Shown here: positions 17,701-24,630 of the stretch, one piece after another
Numbering within the stretch: the stretch's first letter is position 1
How the letters are laid out: each line of letters opens with the position of its first letter
Source of the DNA: Bacteroidales bacterium
GTDB taxonomy: Bacteria > Bacteroidota > Bacteroidia > Bacteroidales > WCHB1-69
Reading direction: 5' to 3'
NCBI GenBank assembly: GCA_045627805.1
Contig: JAZQOJ010000152.1
Location: 1-63,379, forward strand
DNA: 63,379 bases
The notes under the pieces: generated by a model
Databases searched by the model: none
Seen by the model: the letters and a program-made list of their open reading frames with translations, nothing else
Told to the model about the DNA's origin: nothing
Program-made: the position numbers and the translations under genes

Positions 17701-20178
17701 CCAAGCGTTTTCGGAGCCACCGTTGGTCCAAGCGATGTCGGCGGAAGTGGTGGTAATGTTGCTAACGGTAACTGCGGTCGGTTTCGGACAAGCGGGCGCC
17801 ATAGTAACCACAAGATTGTCGATACCGCAATCATAGTAGGAATTTGAAGTTTCTTCCCATTGGAAGGCGATTCTTGCGCCAGCGGGAATGGTGCTGGGGA
17901 TGATGATTTCGGCATTTGCTGCAGAAGTACTACTGGTTACACTGCTAGCAGAAACGAAAGAGGCAACATCGTCCAAATCGGTTACATAGCCAACAGACAA
18001 AGTTCCCTGTGTGGCACTTTCCATTCTGTAAGTAAAAGTAACAATAGCATTTTGCGGATTCGTAAATTCCGGAAGATAAGCGATGTTGATGGTACCGCAG
18101 TTTTGACTAGGATTGCCGCCAGAGCGGAAGTTGAGACCTTTGCTGCTTGTGGGAACATACGAAGTAGAGACACGAGGGAGCGTATTGGCATTACTGCCAT
18201 TGGAGATCGTTCCCCAGCAGATGGGAATAACACCATTGGCGTTATTTTGGTAAGTCGCTGTATAGCTGTCGAAGTTTTCGCTATAGGGTTCGGTTTCAGT
18301 AAGCGCGAAAGCTTCACATTCAGTTACGAAAGTCGTGGTGGTGCTCCAAGCGGATTCATCATCGGCATCGCAGTTAGCTTTCACCTTTATGGTGTAGCTC
18401 GTAGAAGGATTCAAACCAGTGAGGTTGAACGGATTGGTAGTAGCAGCGATTTCGGTGCCGTTGTAGTCAATCGTCCAAGCGTTTTCTTCGCCGCCATTGG
18501 TCCAAGCGATGTCGGCGGAAGTGGTGGTAATGTTGCTAACAGTAACTGCGGTCGGAGCCGGGCAGGAAGGAGGCGTGATGAAAGAAGCGGTAGCACTCCA
18601 GTCTGATTCGTCATTAGCCGCGCAATTGGCCTTCACTTTAACAGTATAAGAAGTTTCAGGAGTCAAGCCAGTCAAAGTGAACGGATTGGTAGCAGCGATT
18701 TCGGTGCCGTTGTAGTCAATCGTCCAAGCGTTTTCTTCGCCGCCATTGGTCCAAGCGATGTCGGCGGTATGAGCGGTAATGTTGCTAACGGTAACTTCGG
18801 TCGGTTTCGGGCAGGTGGGAGCTGCGCCAATCATTACATCGTCCAAGTAAATGTAGTCATCACCATAGCCACAGTTGCTGATGCCCTTGAAGATGAACAT
18901 TACGTTGGTAGCATTGGCCAAAGCCGGAACTACGATTTCTTCGGTGGTCCAATTGGCCGCGCCTTGCAAACCGGTTGCAATGGGCGTATAGGTAGAACCG
19001 TCGGTGGTGTACATAACTTCAAATCCCTGAGCTGCAGCAGGATTCTTGTGCGTGAAGGTGATCATAGGATTGTTGATGGCGGTCAAATCCAAAACGGGAG
19101 TCTTCAGCAAGCTGTACTGACCAGAAGCGGGATAGTAGGAGTTGAATCTTACGCAATGACCGGTCACGCCAGTGGCATAATAATTCCATCTGTAAGAAGC
19201 AGTAGTAACGGTTCCTTCTGCATTATCCCAACAGGAGGGGATGCCGGAAGAGATAGAGTTGAAGTCTTCGGTGAAGGGGGTGGATTCGGTAACCACAGTG
19301 CTGCTGCAGAGCGTGGTGAACAAGACACCGGGAGTGGTATATTCGGATTCTTCAGCACCGCCGCAAACGGCTTTAACGCTTGCAACATAATTGGTGTTGG
19401 GGGTCAAACTGGTAACGGTGTAGGAGGGAGTTCCACTTACGGGGTATTCGTCATCGTTGATTTTAACAACCCAGTCGGTTTCGGTATTGCCGGGGGTCCA
19501 GGTAACGGTGGCACCATTGGAAGTGATGTTGGAAACCACCAAATTGGTAGGAGTGAGACAGCCGTGAAGTTCGTCAACGGTAAAGGTGGTCTTCGGGATG
19601 AAGTCTTGAATAACTGTATTCCAAGAATTTATATTAAAAACAATATTTTCTAAGGATTCATCATCGTACCCATAAATTGCAGCATCGTTAATCGTTTGCC
19701 CATAGAAGTATGCACTCTTATAGGTTCCCGGAGTGGTATTGTGAATGGTAACCAGCAAATTACCACCCTGGTAGGTGTAAGGCGTATCGAAAATGATTTC
19801 CATAGTTTCTCCCGTTCCGTTAAGAGAACCTTCATAAACCATTGTCGCGCTGCTCACATCACTAAAAGATGAGATAATTGAGCTCGCAACTTCCTGCAAA
19901 TACACCTTGAAATGAGCAATTCCCCAACCAGCGGCAGCAGGAGTACTCAGATAATAGGTCAATTTTGAAATGTTGCTGCCGTTCATAGCCGTGAGGTGGT
20001 CGGCCGGAATGACATATTCACATTTCAAGTAGTTATCGCAGTAGACTCCATAAACTGGAATATAGCTGCTGGTGCTCGTGCCGTCGTAAACGGTGTAGTT
20101 CACCTGCGCTCCAGCCGTGCCGATACTGCCGACTAACAGCGTCGCAATAAATGCGAACATTAATAAAACTTTTTTCAT
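14758..20178 (-). CDS. giant T9SS-secreted surface protein with multiple FN3-like and MAM/choice-of-anchor-like modules
   Basis: 1806 aa with an N-terminal signal peptide. At least 7 FN3-like units of the form C(P/F)(K/A)PT.VTVSNIT...W... are present. The C-terminal VYPNPAHNVVNV...GVYMIRI...VKVVKR is a typical Por/T9SS sorting domain. Confidence 0.9.
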   Translation of the reverse strand: MKKVLLMFAFIATLLVGSIGTAGAQVNYTVYDGTSTSSYIPVYGVYCDNYLKCEYVIPADHLTAMNGSNISKLTYYLSTPAAAGWGIAHFKVYLQEVASSIISSFSDVSSATMVYEGSLNGTGETMEIIFDTPYTYQGGNLLVTIHNTTPGTYKSAYFYGQTINDAAIYGYDDESLENIVFNINSWNTVIQDFIPKTTFTVDELHGCLTPTNLVVSNITSNGATVTWTPGNTETDWVVKINDDEYPVSGTPSYTVTSLTPNTNYVASVKAVCGGAEESEYTTPGVLFTTLCSSTVVTESTPFTEDFNSISSGIPSCWDNAEGTVTTASYRWNYYATGVTGHCVRFNSYYPASGQYSLLKTPVLDLTAINNPMITFTHKNPAAAQGFEVMYTTDGSTYTPIATGLQGAANWTTEEIVVPALANATNVMFIFKGISNCGYGDDYIYLDDVMIGAAPTCPKPTEVTVSNITAHTADIAWTNGGEENAWTIDYNGTEIAATNPFTLTGLTPETSYTVKVKANCAANDESDWSATASFITPPSCPAPTAVTVSNITTTSADIAWTNGGEENAWTIDYNGTEIAATTNPFNLTGLNPSTSYTIKVKANCDADDESAWSTTTTFVTECEAFALTETEPYSENFDSYTATYQNNANGVIPICWGTISNGSNANTLPRVSTSYVPTSSKGLNFRSGGNPSQNCGTINIAYLPEFTNPQNAIVTFTYRMESATQGTLSVGYVTDLDDVASFVSASSVTSSTSAANAEIIIPSTIPAGARIAFQWEETSNSYYDCGIDNLVVTMAPACPKPTAVTVSNITTTSADIAWTNGGSENAWIIDANGTEYEANDNPFTLSGLDAATIYTVKVKAICSEEEESDWSATASFTTECEINTTFPYVQDFEATTFPPICWSQSRTSEGNSGYFYGIDYPDGAWARYTSTNGDNSTAQAQLRDTRAGSVHALVTGAMDFTYENGYFLSVDVYRNTSGTSSPNEGIRIFVNSEPEVNANATELAFISRNCTVASTVNSNIVGAETSTGWYTYELPITATGVNYIIFQGESQYGNPTYMDNVIVDETPTCPKPTGVTVSNITAHTADIAWTNGGTENAWIIDANGTEYEANDNPFTLTGLDAATSYTVKVKAICSEEDESYWSTTASFTTECETVVVTANNPFAEDFNTLTSGIPSCWDNAEGTVTNASYRWNYYATGVTGHCVRFNSYNPSSGQYSLLKTPVLDLTVINNPMITFTHKNPAAAQGFEDMYTTDSSTYTPIATGLQGAADWTTEEIAVPALANATNVMFIFKGISNCGSSYYDSYIFLDDVMVGETPTCFKPTDVVIVDSLTTANSAVVDWTPAGDETQWQVACNGDTTLVSAHPFTITGLEAATVYTVSVRAYCSDEDQSYWTAGTEIATECADVVVVTYDQPYHEGWEEDIICWGVMQLAGTHNWGFNETAYEGDYAVGFPYYENNEGLLISPVFDLSQVQNPELSFAYWTNNWEGTCDQLYVYYTTEEDTTWNLIASFTTPMEDYDVATYQLPNPTSAYRIAFRGVGMDGNNVYLDDINIFANEPCEVPANVTVENNIATWESEAENFNLMYVVAEDTTTVEVAGNTYTFEGLEDSTVVTVMVQAICGEDNTSDWSEAVEFTFTTEPVVEPCEVPANVTVENNIATWESEAENFNLMYIVAEDTTTVEVAGNTYTFEGLEDSTVVTVMVQAICDEDNTSDWSEAVEFTFADTTIGIHNYAIAANVYPNPAHNVVNVECSAIGANLSVYDMFGKVIMNTTIQSERTELNLSNVAPGVYMIRIANNNATTTVKVVKR
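15019..15516 (-). repeat. intragenic tandem duplication (2 x 240 nt, 258-nt period)
   Basis: 15019-15258 and 15277-15516 are near-identical. Both encode EPCEVPANVTVENNIATWESEAENFNLMY.VAEDTTTVEVAGNTYTFEGLEDSTVVTVMVQAIC.EDNTSDWSEAVEFTF. Confidence 0.9.
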
Positions 20179-20254
20179 AAGAAATTGGTTTTGGTTAATA
20201 AATAGGTTGATTAATAAGTTGTTATAAATTTTCTGAAATTATCTTTTAATTCCG

Positions 20255-20262
20255 CAAAGATA
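20255..20262 (-). promoter_or_regulatory. -7 box TAnnTTTG (tatctttg on minus strand) for the giant gene
   Basis: The plus strand reads caaagata. It sits in a very AT-rich tract about 77 nt upstream of the ATG at 20178. Confidence 0.55.
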
Positions 20263-20374
20263 CTAAAATTTTTTATAAGTATTAAATTTTTTGTAAAAGA
20301 AATATTTAATAATATTTAAAAATTTATCCCTTTTGGTCTTGTTGATTTGTATGCTGAAATTTTAGAATCTTCCG

Positions 20375-20914
20375 ATAAGGGGAATTGTGAGACGTGGAAA
20401 CGGTTAACGTGGTTAAACGGTTAATGGGATGAATGGACGAAGGGACGAATGGTGGAAAGGACGAATGCCGCCTGCGGCGTGATAGAGGAAATTATCAGGA
20501 AATTTCAAGGAAATGATCAGGAAATTCTTCTTTTTCTTGCTGTTTCATAATGAAATAACAATAGTGAAAACGTGCTGGCTGCGGCCATCAATTGTTTTCC
20601 ACAATGAAGTTGTTGCGCCGTAGTCACATCCGGGAAGGATGTGACACCTATAACCCCACATAAGGACGAAGTCCGCGATGTGGGGTGAGCGAGCGTGTGC
20701 CAACACCTGGCATCTCGGAGAGATGCTACTAAAAGGTGTCGCACCTCTCCGAGGTTGTGCTCGCTGCAAGACAAAATGATGCAGCTCCGTTTTCTTTTAA
20801 TGAGCAACTTTCTTTTTCTCAAGAAAAAAAAGAAAGTTGAACAGCTGTGAACTGACAATTCGGGATTTGCGATGTGTTGAGAGGTAATTCCGCAGTGCGG
20901 ATAATTCCCATTAT
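20375..20914 (+). repeat. composite MITE-like unit 'U': TIR + brick module M + structured element R1 + inverted TIR
   Basis: The left end is ATAAGGGGAATT (20375-86), preceded by aaattttagaatcttccg. The right end is ATAATTCCCATTAT (20901-14). The interior is M (20388-20525), a spacer, then R1 (20587-20900). Confidence 0.8.
20587..20900 (+). ncRNA. candidate structured non-coding element R1, copy A (unclassified)
   Basis: A chain of 6 hairpins. It is homologous to the reverse complement of 62990-63379, with one compensatory change and loop-only changes between the copies. No conserved ORF. Confidence 0.5.
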
Positions 20915-20957
20915 GCGAACATCTCGCTCCCATCATTGCGGCATTTACAAGATGAAA
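20901..20957. repeat. 57-nt inverted repeat, right arm (partner 14366-14422)
   Basis: Its reverse complement matches 14366-14422 at 56/57 positions. Confidence 0.95.
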
Positions 20958-21068
20958 GGGGATAATTCCGTTTTTTATTCAGAAAACTTCGGGCAGCTCC
21001 CGATATTGGGAATGGTGGGTGTGTTGAATATAGACAGAAATCGGGTTCATTTTCTCGCAATATTATTG

Positions 21069-21076
21069 TATCTTTG
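21069..21076 (+). promoter_or_regulatory. -7 box TAnnTTTG (tatctttg)
   Basis: Exact motif 40 nt upstream of the ATG at 21116. Confidence 0.55.
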
Positions 21077-21115
21077 CCGAAAATTTTCTATTAAGAATTA
21101 AAAAATAAAAATAAG

Positions 21116-21880
21116 ATGAAAAAAATCTTGACTTTATGTTTATGTGCTTGTGTAGCAGTATTTTTTATGTCTTGTGAAGGAGACAAACTCACCCGCAAAA
21201 GAATCCAGGAAGATATCGCTGGTTCGTGGAAAAAGGTGCAAGAAGACGGCAAATTGGTGCCCACCAATGACAAAGTCGTATGTTCTTTCGATGGAATTGA
21301 CCACGCAGTCATCTCGGCAGTGCAGCAGAACGGCTATTGGTCGGGCCGCACGCCAATGAGTTACTCTGTAAAAGGCACAAAAGTGATTCTGGAAAACCAG
21401 GATGTGCATTACAAGTCGGAATGGGACCTGAGTTCCCTGACGAACGATGTATTCTCTGTGCGCCAAAGTATGACCTACGATGCCAATGGCGAAGTTGCAG
21501 GTCATTCCAATAATGCTGTGTATGAAAAGGTTAGCAACGATTTTACCAATGCTATCATTGGTACGTGGGAAGGCGTTTCTTTCGAGGGCGAAGTATCGCA
21601 CGGCTACATCGATCACCGTTGGGAATTCCGCAACGACCACACCTACACCTATTATATGAAAGAGGGTGACAACTGGGTGGAAGGCACCAACACGCTCAAC
21701 GAATATTTCGTTGACTGCGACTTTCTGGCTTTCCGCTGGAAAGATGCCGATGGCAACGAATTCCGCGAAATGTGGGACATCGAATCCTGCAACTCCACAC
21801 AAATGGTGTGGACCGCTTTGCGCGTAGATGCCAACAAAAACACCTACACCACCAAGTTTGTAATGAACAAGGTTCACTAA
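21116..21880 (+). CDS. hypothetical lipoprotein (lipocalin-like?)
   Basis: Signal peptide plus lipobox (VAVFFMSCEGD). W/Y-rich beta-type sequence. Confidence 0.6.
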   Translation: MKKILTLCLCACVAVFFMSCEGDKLTRKRIQEDIAGSWKKVQEDGKLVPTNDKVVCSFDGIDHAVISAVQQNGYWSGRTPMSYSVKGTKVILENQDVHYKSEWDLSSLTNDVFSVRQSMTYDANGEVAGHSNNAVYEKVSNDFTNAIIGTWEGVSFEGEVSHGYIDHRWEFRNDHTYTYYMKEGDNWVEGTNTLNEYFVDCDFLAFRWKDADGNEFREMWDIESCNSTQMVWTALRVDANKNTYTTKFVMNKVH

Positions 21881-21959
21881 TTCGTTTTTCGCAAACCGAA
21901 GAATTCATTGACTTGCAATGGTGGATTAGTGTTGAAAATGAATTAATTACAAATTGATA

Positions 21960-22646
21960 ATGAAGAAGTTAGTATTCCTTACGGGTGCTGGCGTGAGTGC
22001 GGAAAGCGGAATCAAGACCTTCCGCGACAGCGACGGACTTTGGGAAAATTACAAGGTGGAAGAGGTCGCCACGATTGATGCCTGGTCGTGGAACGCCCGA
22101 GTGATGGTGGACTTTTACAATGCCCGCCGTCGGGAAGTCCGCGACGCACAGCCCAATGCGGCGCACCAAATGATTGGCGAGTTGCAGAAGGATTTCGATG
22201 TTACCGTTATCACCCAGAACATTGACAACCTGCACGAAAGGGGCGGCGCCAACCACGTCATCCACTTGCACGGAGAAATCACGAAAGTGTGCAGTGAGAG
22301 AGGCAAGCGTTATGTGCAAGACATTGGTTACCAGGACCAAATATTCGGAGAGAAGGCAGAAGACGGCCAGTTGCTGCGCCCGTTCATCGTATGGTTTGGG
22401 GAAGACGTTCCGCTGCTTGCGAAAGCCGCCGAGGTGGTGGAGCAGGCCGACATCCTGGTGGTGATTGGCACCTCGCTCAACGTGTATCCCGCTGCGTCGC
22501 TCATCTATTATGCGCCCGCCAATTGCCCCATCTACCTTATTGATCCCAAAGAGGTTGACACACATTCTGCGCGCGTCACCTTCATTCAGAAACCCGCTAC
22601 CGAAGGTATGCGAATGTTGAAAGATATTTTGTTGCAATGCAAATAA
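21960..22646 (+). CDS. cobB: Sir2-family NAD-dependent protein deacylase
   Basis: GAGVSAESGIKTFRD, TQNIDNLHERGG and HG..... motifs. ATG 21960 preferred over the TTG at 21954. Confidence 0.85.
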   Translation: MKKLVFLTGAGVSAESGIKTFRDSDGLWENYKVEEVATIDAWSWNARVMVDFYNARRREVRDAQPNAAHQMIGELQKDFDVTVITQNIDNLHERGGANHVIHLHGEITKVCSERGKRYVQDIGYQDQIFGEKAEDGQLLRPFIVWFGEDVPLLAKAAEVVEQADILVVIGTSLNVYPAASLIYYAPANCPIYLIDPKEVDTHSARVTFIQKPATEGMRMLKDILLQCK

Positions 22647-23401
22647 CCCTCTTAGGCACAGGAACTTCGCAAGGAATTCCCATCATTGGATGCACTTGTC
22701 CCGTGTGTACCAGCACCGACGTGCGCGACCAACGGCTGCGCACCTCCGCGTTAGTGAGCGTGGATGGGCTCAACATTCTCATTGATGCCGGTCCCGACTT
22801 GCGGCAGCAGTTGCTCCGCAGCCACACCACTCGCCTCAATGCCGTGCTGTTCACCCACGAGCACAAAGATCACACCGCCGGACTCGACGACGTGCGGCCC
22901 ATCAATTTCCTGATGAAGGAAACCCTCAACATTTACGCAATGCCCCGCGTGATTCGCGTGCTGCACCGCGACTACGACTACGCCTTCCGCACTGTCAAGT
23001 ATCCTGGGGTGCCCACTCTGGAGCTCAATCCCATTAAGTCGGAGCCGTTTATGGTGCAAAATGTGGAAATCATTCCCATCCGCGTGCGCCATATGTCGCT
23101 CCCCATTTTCGGCTATCGCATCCGCAACTTCGCCTACATTACCGATGCCAGCTTCATTGCTCCATCGGAAATGAAAAAACTGCAAAATCTTGATACATTG
23201 GTGATTAATGCGTTGCGTATGGAAGAACACTATTCTCATTTCAACCTTGCGCAAGCCCTGTCCATCATTGAGCAACTGAAACCGCGGCAGGCCTTTCTCA
23301 CGCACATCAGCCACGATATGGGACTTTACGCCGAAACGGAAAGGAAATTGCCGCAAAATGTCTTTTTAGGCATTGACAATCAAATCATTAACATAGAATA
23401 A
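22637..23401 (+). CDS. MBL-fold metallo-hydrolase (PhnP-like)
   Basis: GTGTSQGIP..GC.CP.C followed by THEHKDHTAGLDD (HxHxDH variant). Confidence 0.8.
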   Translation: MQITLLGTGTSQGIPIIGCTCPVCTSTDVRDQRLRTSALVSVDGLNILIDAGPDLRQQLLRSHTTRLNAVLFTHEHKDHTAGLDDVRPINFLMKETLNIYAMPRVIRVLHRDYDYAFRTVKYPGVPTLELNPIKSEPFMVQNVEIIPIRVRHMSLPIFGYRIRNFAYITDASFIAPSEMKKLQNLDTLVINALRMEEHYSHFNLAQALSIIEQLKPRQAFLTHISHDMGLYAETERKLPQNVFLGIDNQIINIE

Positions 23402-23410
23402 ACGAGATTT

Positions 23411-24562
23411 ATGGTCGATTACGATGCTTATCCGTCGCCGTGCTACATTATGTACGAAGAGGCGCTGGAAGCCAATTTGCAACTTCTTGATTTAGTACAG
23501 CAAAGTGCCAACGTGTCCATCATTTGCGCGCTTAAGGGCTTCGCTTTCTGGAATGCCTTTCCGCTGGTTCGGCAATACTTGAGCGGCGCCACGGCCAGTT
23601 CGCTCAACGAAGCGCGCCTGATTTCGGAGGAAATGGGTTGCGATGCGCACACTTACGCCCCCGTATATTTCGACAACGAATGGCGCGACATTATGCTTTA
23701 CAGCAGCCATATCACGTTCAACTCTCTGTCGCAATGGGACAAGTACCGCCAGTCGATACAAGAATTTCCCAAAAAAATAAGTTGTGGTTTGCGCGTGAAT
23801 CCCGAGTACTCGGAAGTGAAAACGGAGTTGTATAATCCGGCACGTCCCGGCTCCCGATTGGGAATCTTGGCCGCCCATATGCCCGAACATCTTCCACAAG
23901 GTATTGAGGGACTGCATTTTCACGCATTATGTGAAAACAATAGTCACGCTTTGGAGAACTGCTTGCACGCCTTTGAAGAAAGATTCGGCACGCTGATTCG
24001 CGAATGCCGCTGGGTGAATCTGGGTGGGGGACACCTCATCACCGAGAAGAACTACGACATCCCGCACCTGATTCAAATCCTGCAAGATTTCCGGAAACGC
24101 TATCCCAACCTTGAAGAGGTGATTCTGGAACCCGGCGAGGCGGTGGGCTGGCAAACGGGCGTACTGACCTCTACTGTGGAAGATATCGTTGAAAACAAAG
24201 GCATTAAGATTGCAATGCTCAATGTGTCTTTCGCCTGCCATATGCCCGACTGCCTTGAAATGCCCTACAAGCCGACCGTTTTGGGCGCAACCGACCCCAC
24301 CGAGAACAGCCCGTTTGTTTACCGTCTGGGCGGATGCTCCTGCCTCGCCGGCGATTTTATGGGAATGGGCGACTACGCCTTCCCCGAACCGCTGGAAATC
24401 GGCGACAAAATCGTGTTCGACGATATGATCCATTACACAATGGTGAAAACCACTTTCTTCAACGGCATCCAACATCCCTCCATCGGAGTGGTGCGCAAAA
24501 ACGGCGACTTCGAGCTGCTTTCTCAACCCGACTATGCCGCCTATAAATCAAAACTCGGTTAA
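23411..24562 (+). CDS. nspC: carboxynorspermidine decarboxylase
   Basis: 383 aa with alanine-racemase-fold decarboxylase motifs (GLHFH, NLGGGH, CLAGD). Overall similarity to NspC is recalled from memory. Confidence 0.8.
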   Translation: MVDYDAYPSPCYIMYEEALEANLQLLDLVQQSANVSIICALKGFAFWNAFPLVRQYLSGATASSLNEARLISEEMGCDAHTYAPVYFDNEWRDIMLYSSHITFNSLSQWDKYRQSIQEFPKKISCGLRVNPEYSEVKTELYNPARPGSRLGILAAHMPEHLPQGIEGLHFHALCENNSHALENCLHAFEERFGTLIRECRWVNLGGGHLITEKNYDIPHLIQILQDFRKRYPNLEEVILEPGEAVGWQTGVLTSTVEDIVENKGIKIAMLNVSFACHMPDCLEMPYKPTVLGATDPTENSPFVYRLGGCSCLAGDFMGMGDYAFPEPLEIGDKIVFDDMIHYTMVKTTFFNGIQHPSIGVVRKNGDFELLSQPDYAAYKSKLG

Positions 24563-24621
24563 ATGTGAAAACGGTTAAACGTTGAATAGCAATCGCTTAA
24601 CCGAAATTAACCGCTTAACCG
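24556..24621. repeat. CGGTTAA heptamer cluster (2 forward + 3 reverse copies)
   Basis: CGGTTAA occurs at 24556 and 24572. TTAACCG occurs at 24597, 24607 and 24615. The same heptamer is iterated 3x at 14435-14459 and, more loosely, at 20401-20426. Confidence 0.85.
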
Positions 24622-24630
24622 AATAAGAAT

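Noticed and set aside
14734-19653. Long plus-strand ORFs 14734-15777, 16093-16767, 17860-18606 and 18769-19653
   Set aside because: These are antisense shadow frames of the 1806-aa minus-strand gene. They are G/V/N/S-rich and mirror its repeats. The minus-strand product has a signal peptide, FN3 modules and a T9SS domain.
20486-20525. Possible CRISPR-like array
   Set aside because: The repeat units are 7 nt with 4-nt spacers, far too short for CRISPR. There are no cas genes in the window.
14366-20957. Composite transposon carrying the giant gene
   Set aside because: There is no transposase or integrase inside or adjacent, and no target-site duplication outside the 57-nt inverted repeats. 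The arms are better explained as two members of the same repeat family inserted in, or derived from, the same flanking context. It is retained only as a recombination-prone architecture.
20517-21101. ORFs 20517-20936(-), 20545-20769(-) and 20874-21101(+) in the 937-nt gap upstream of the giant gene
   Set aside because: They lie entirely in the repeat modules. The homologous copy at 62.9-63.4 kb is inverted, yet its ORF is also on the minus strand, so the two ORFs read opposite strands of the same sequence. The copy-B frame is interrupted by TGA in copy A. The predicted peptides are low-complexity with no domain.
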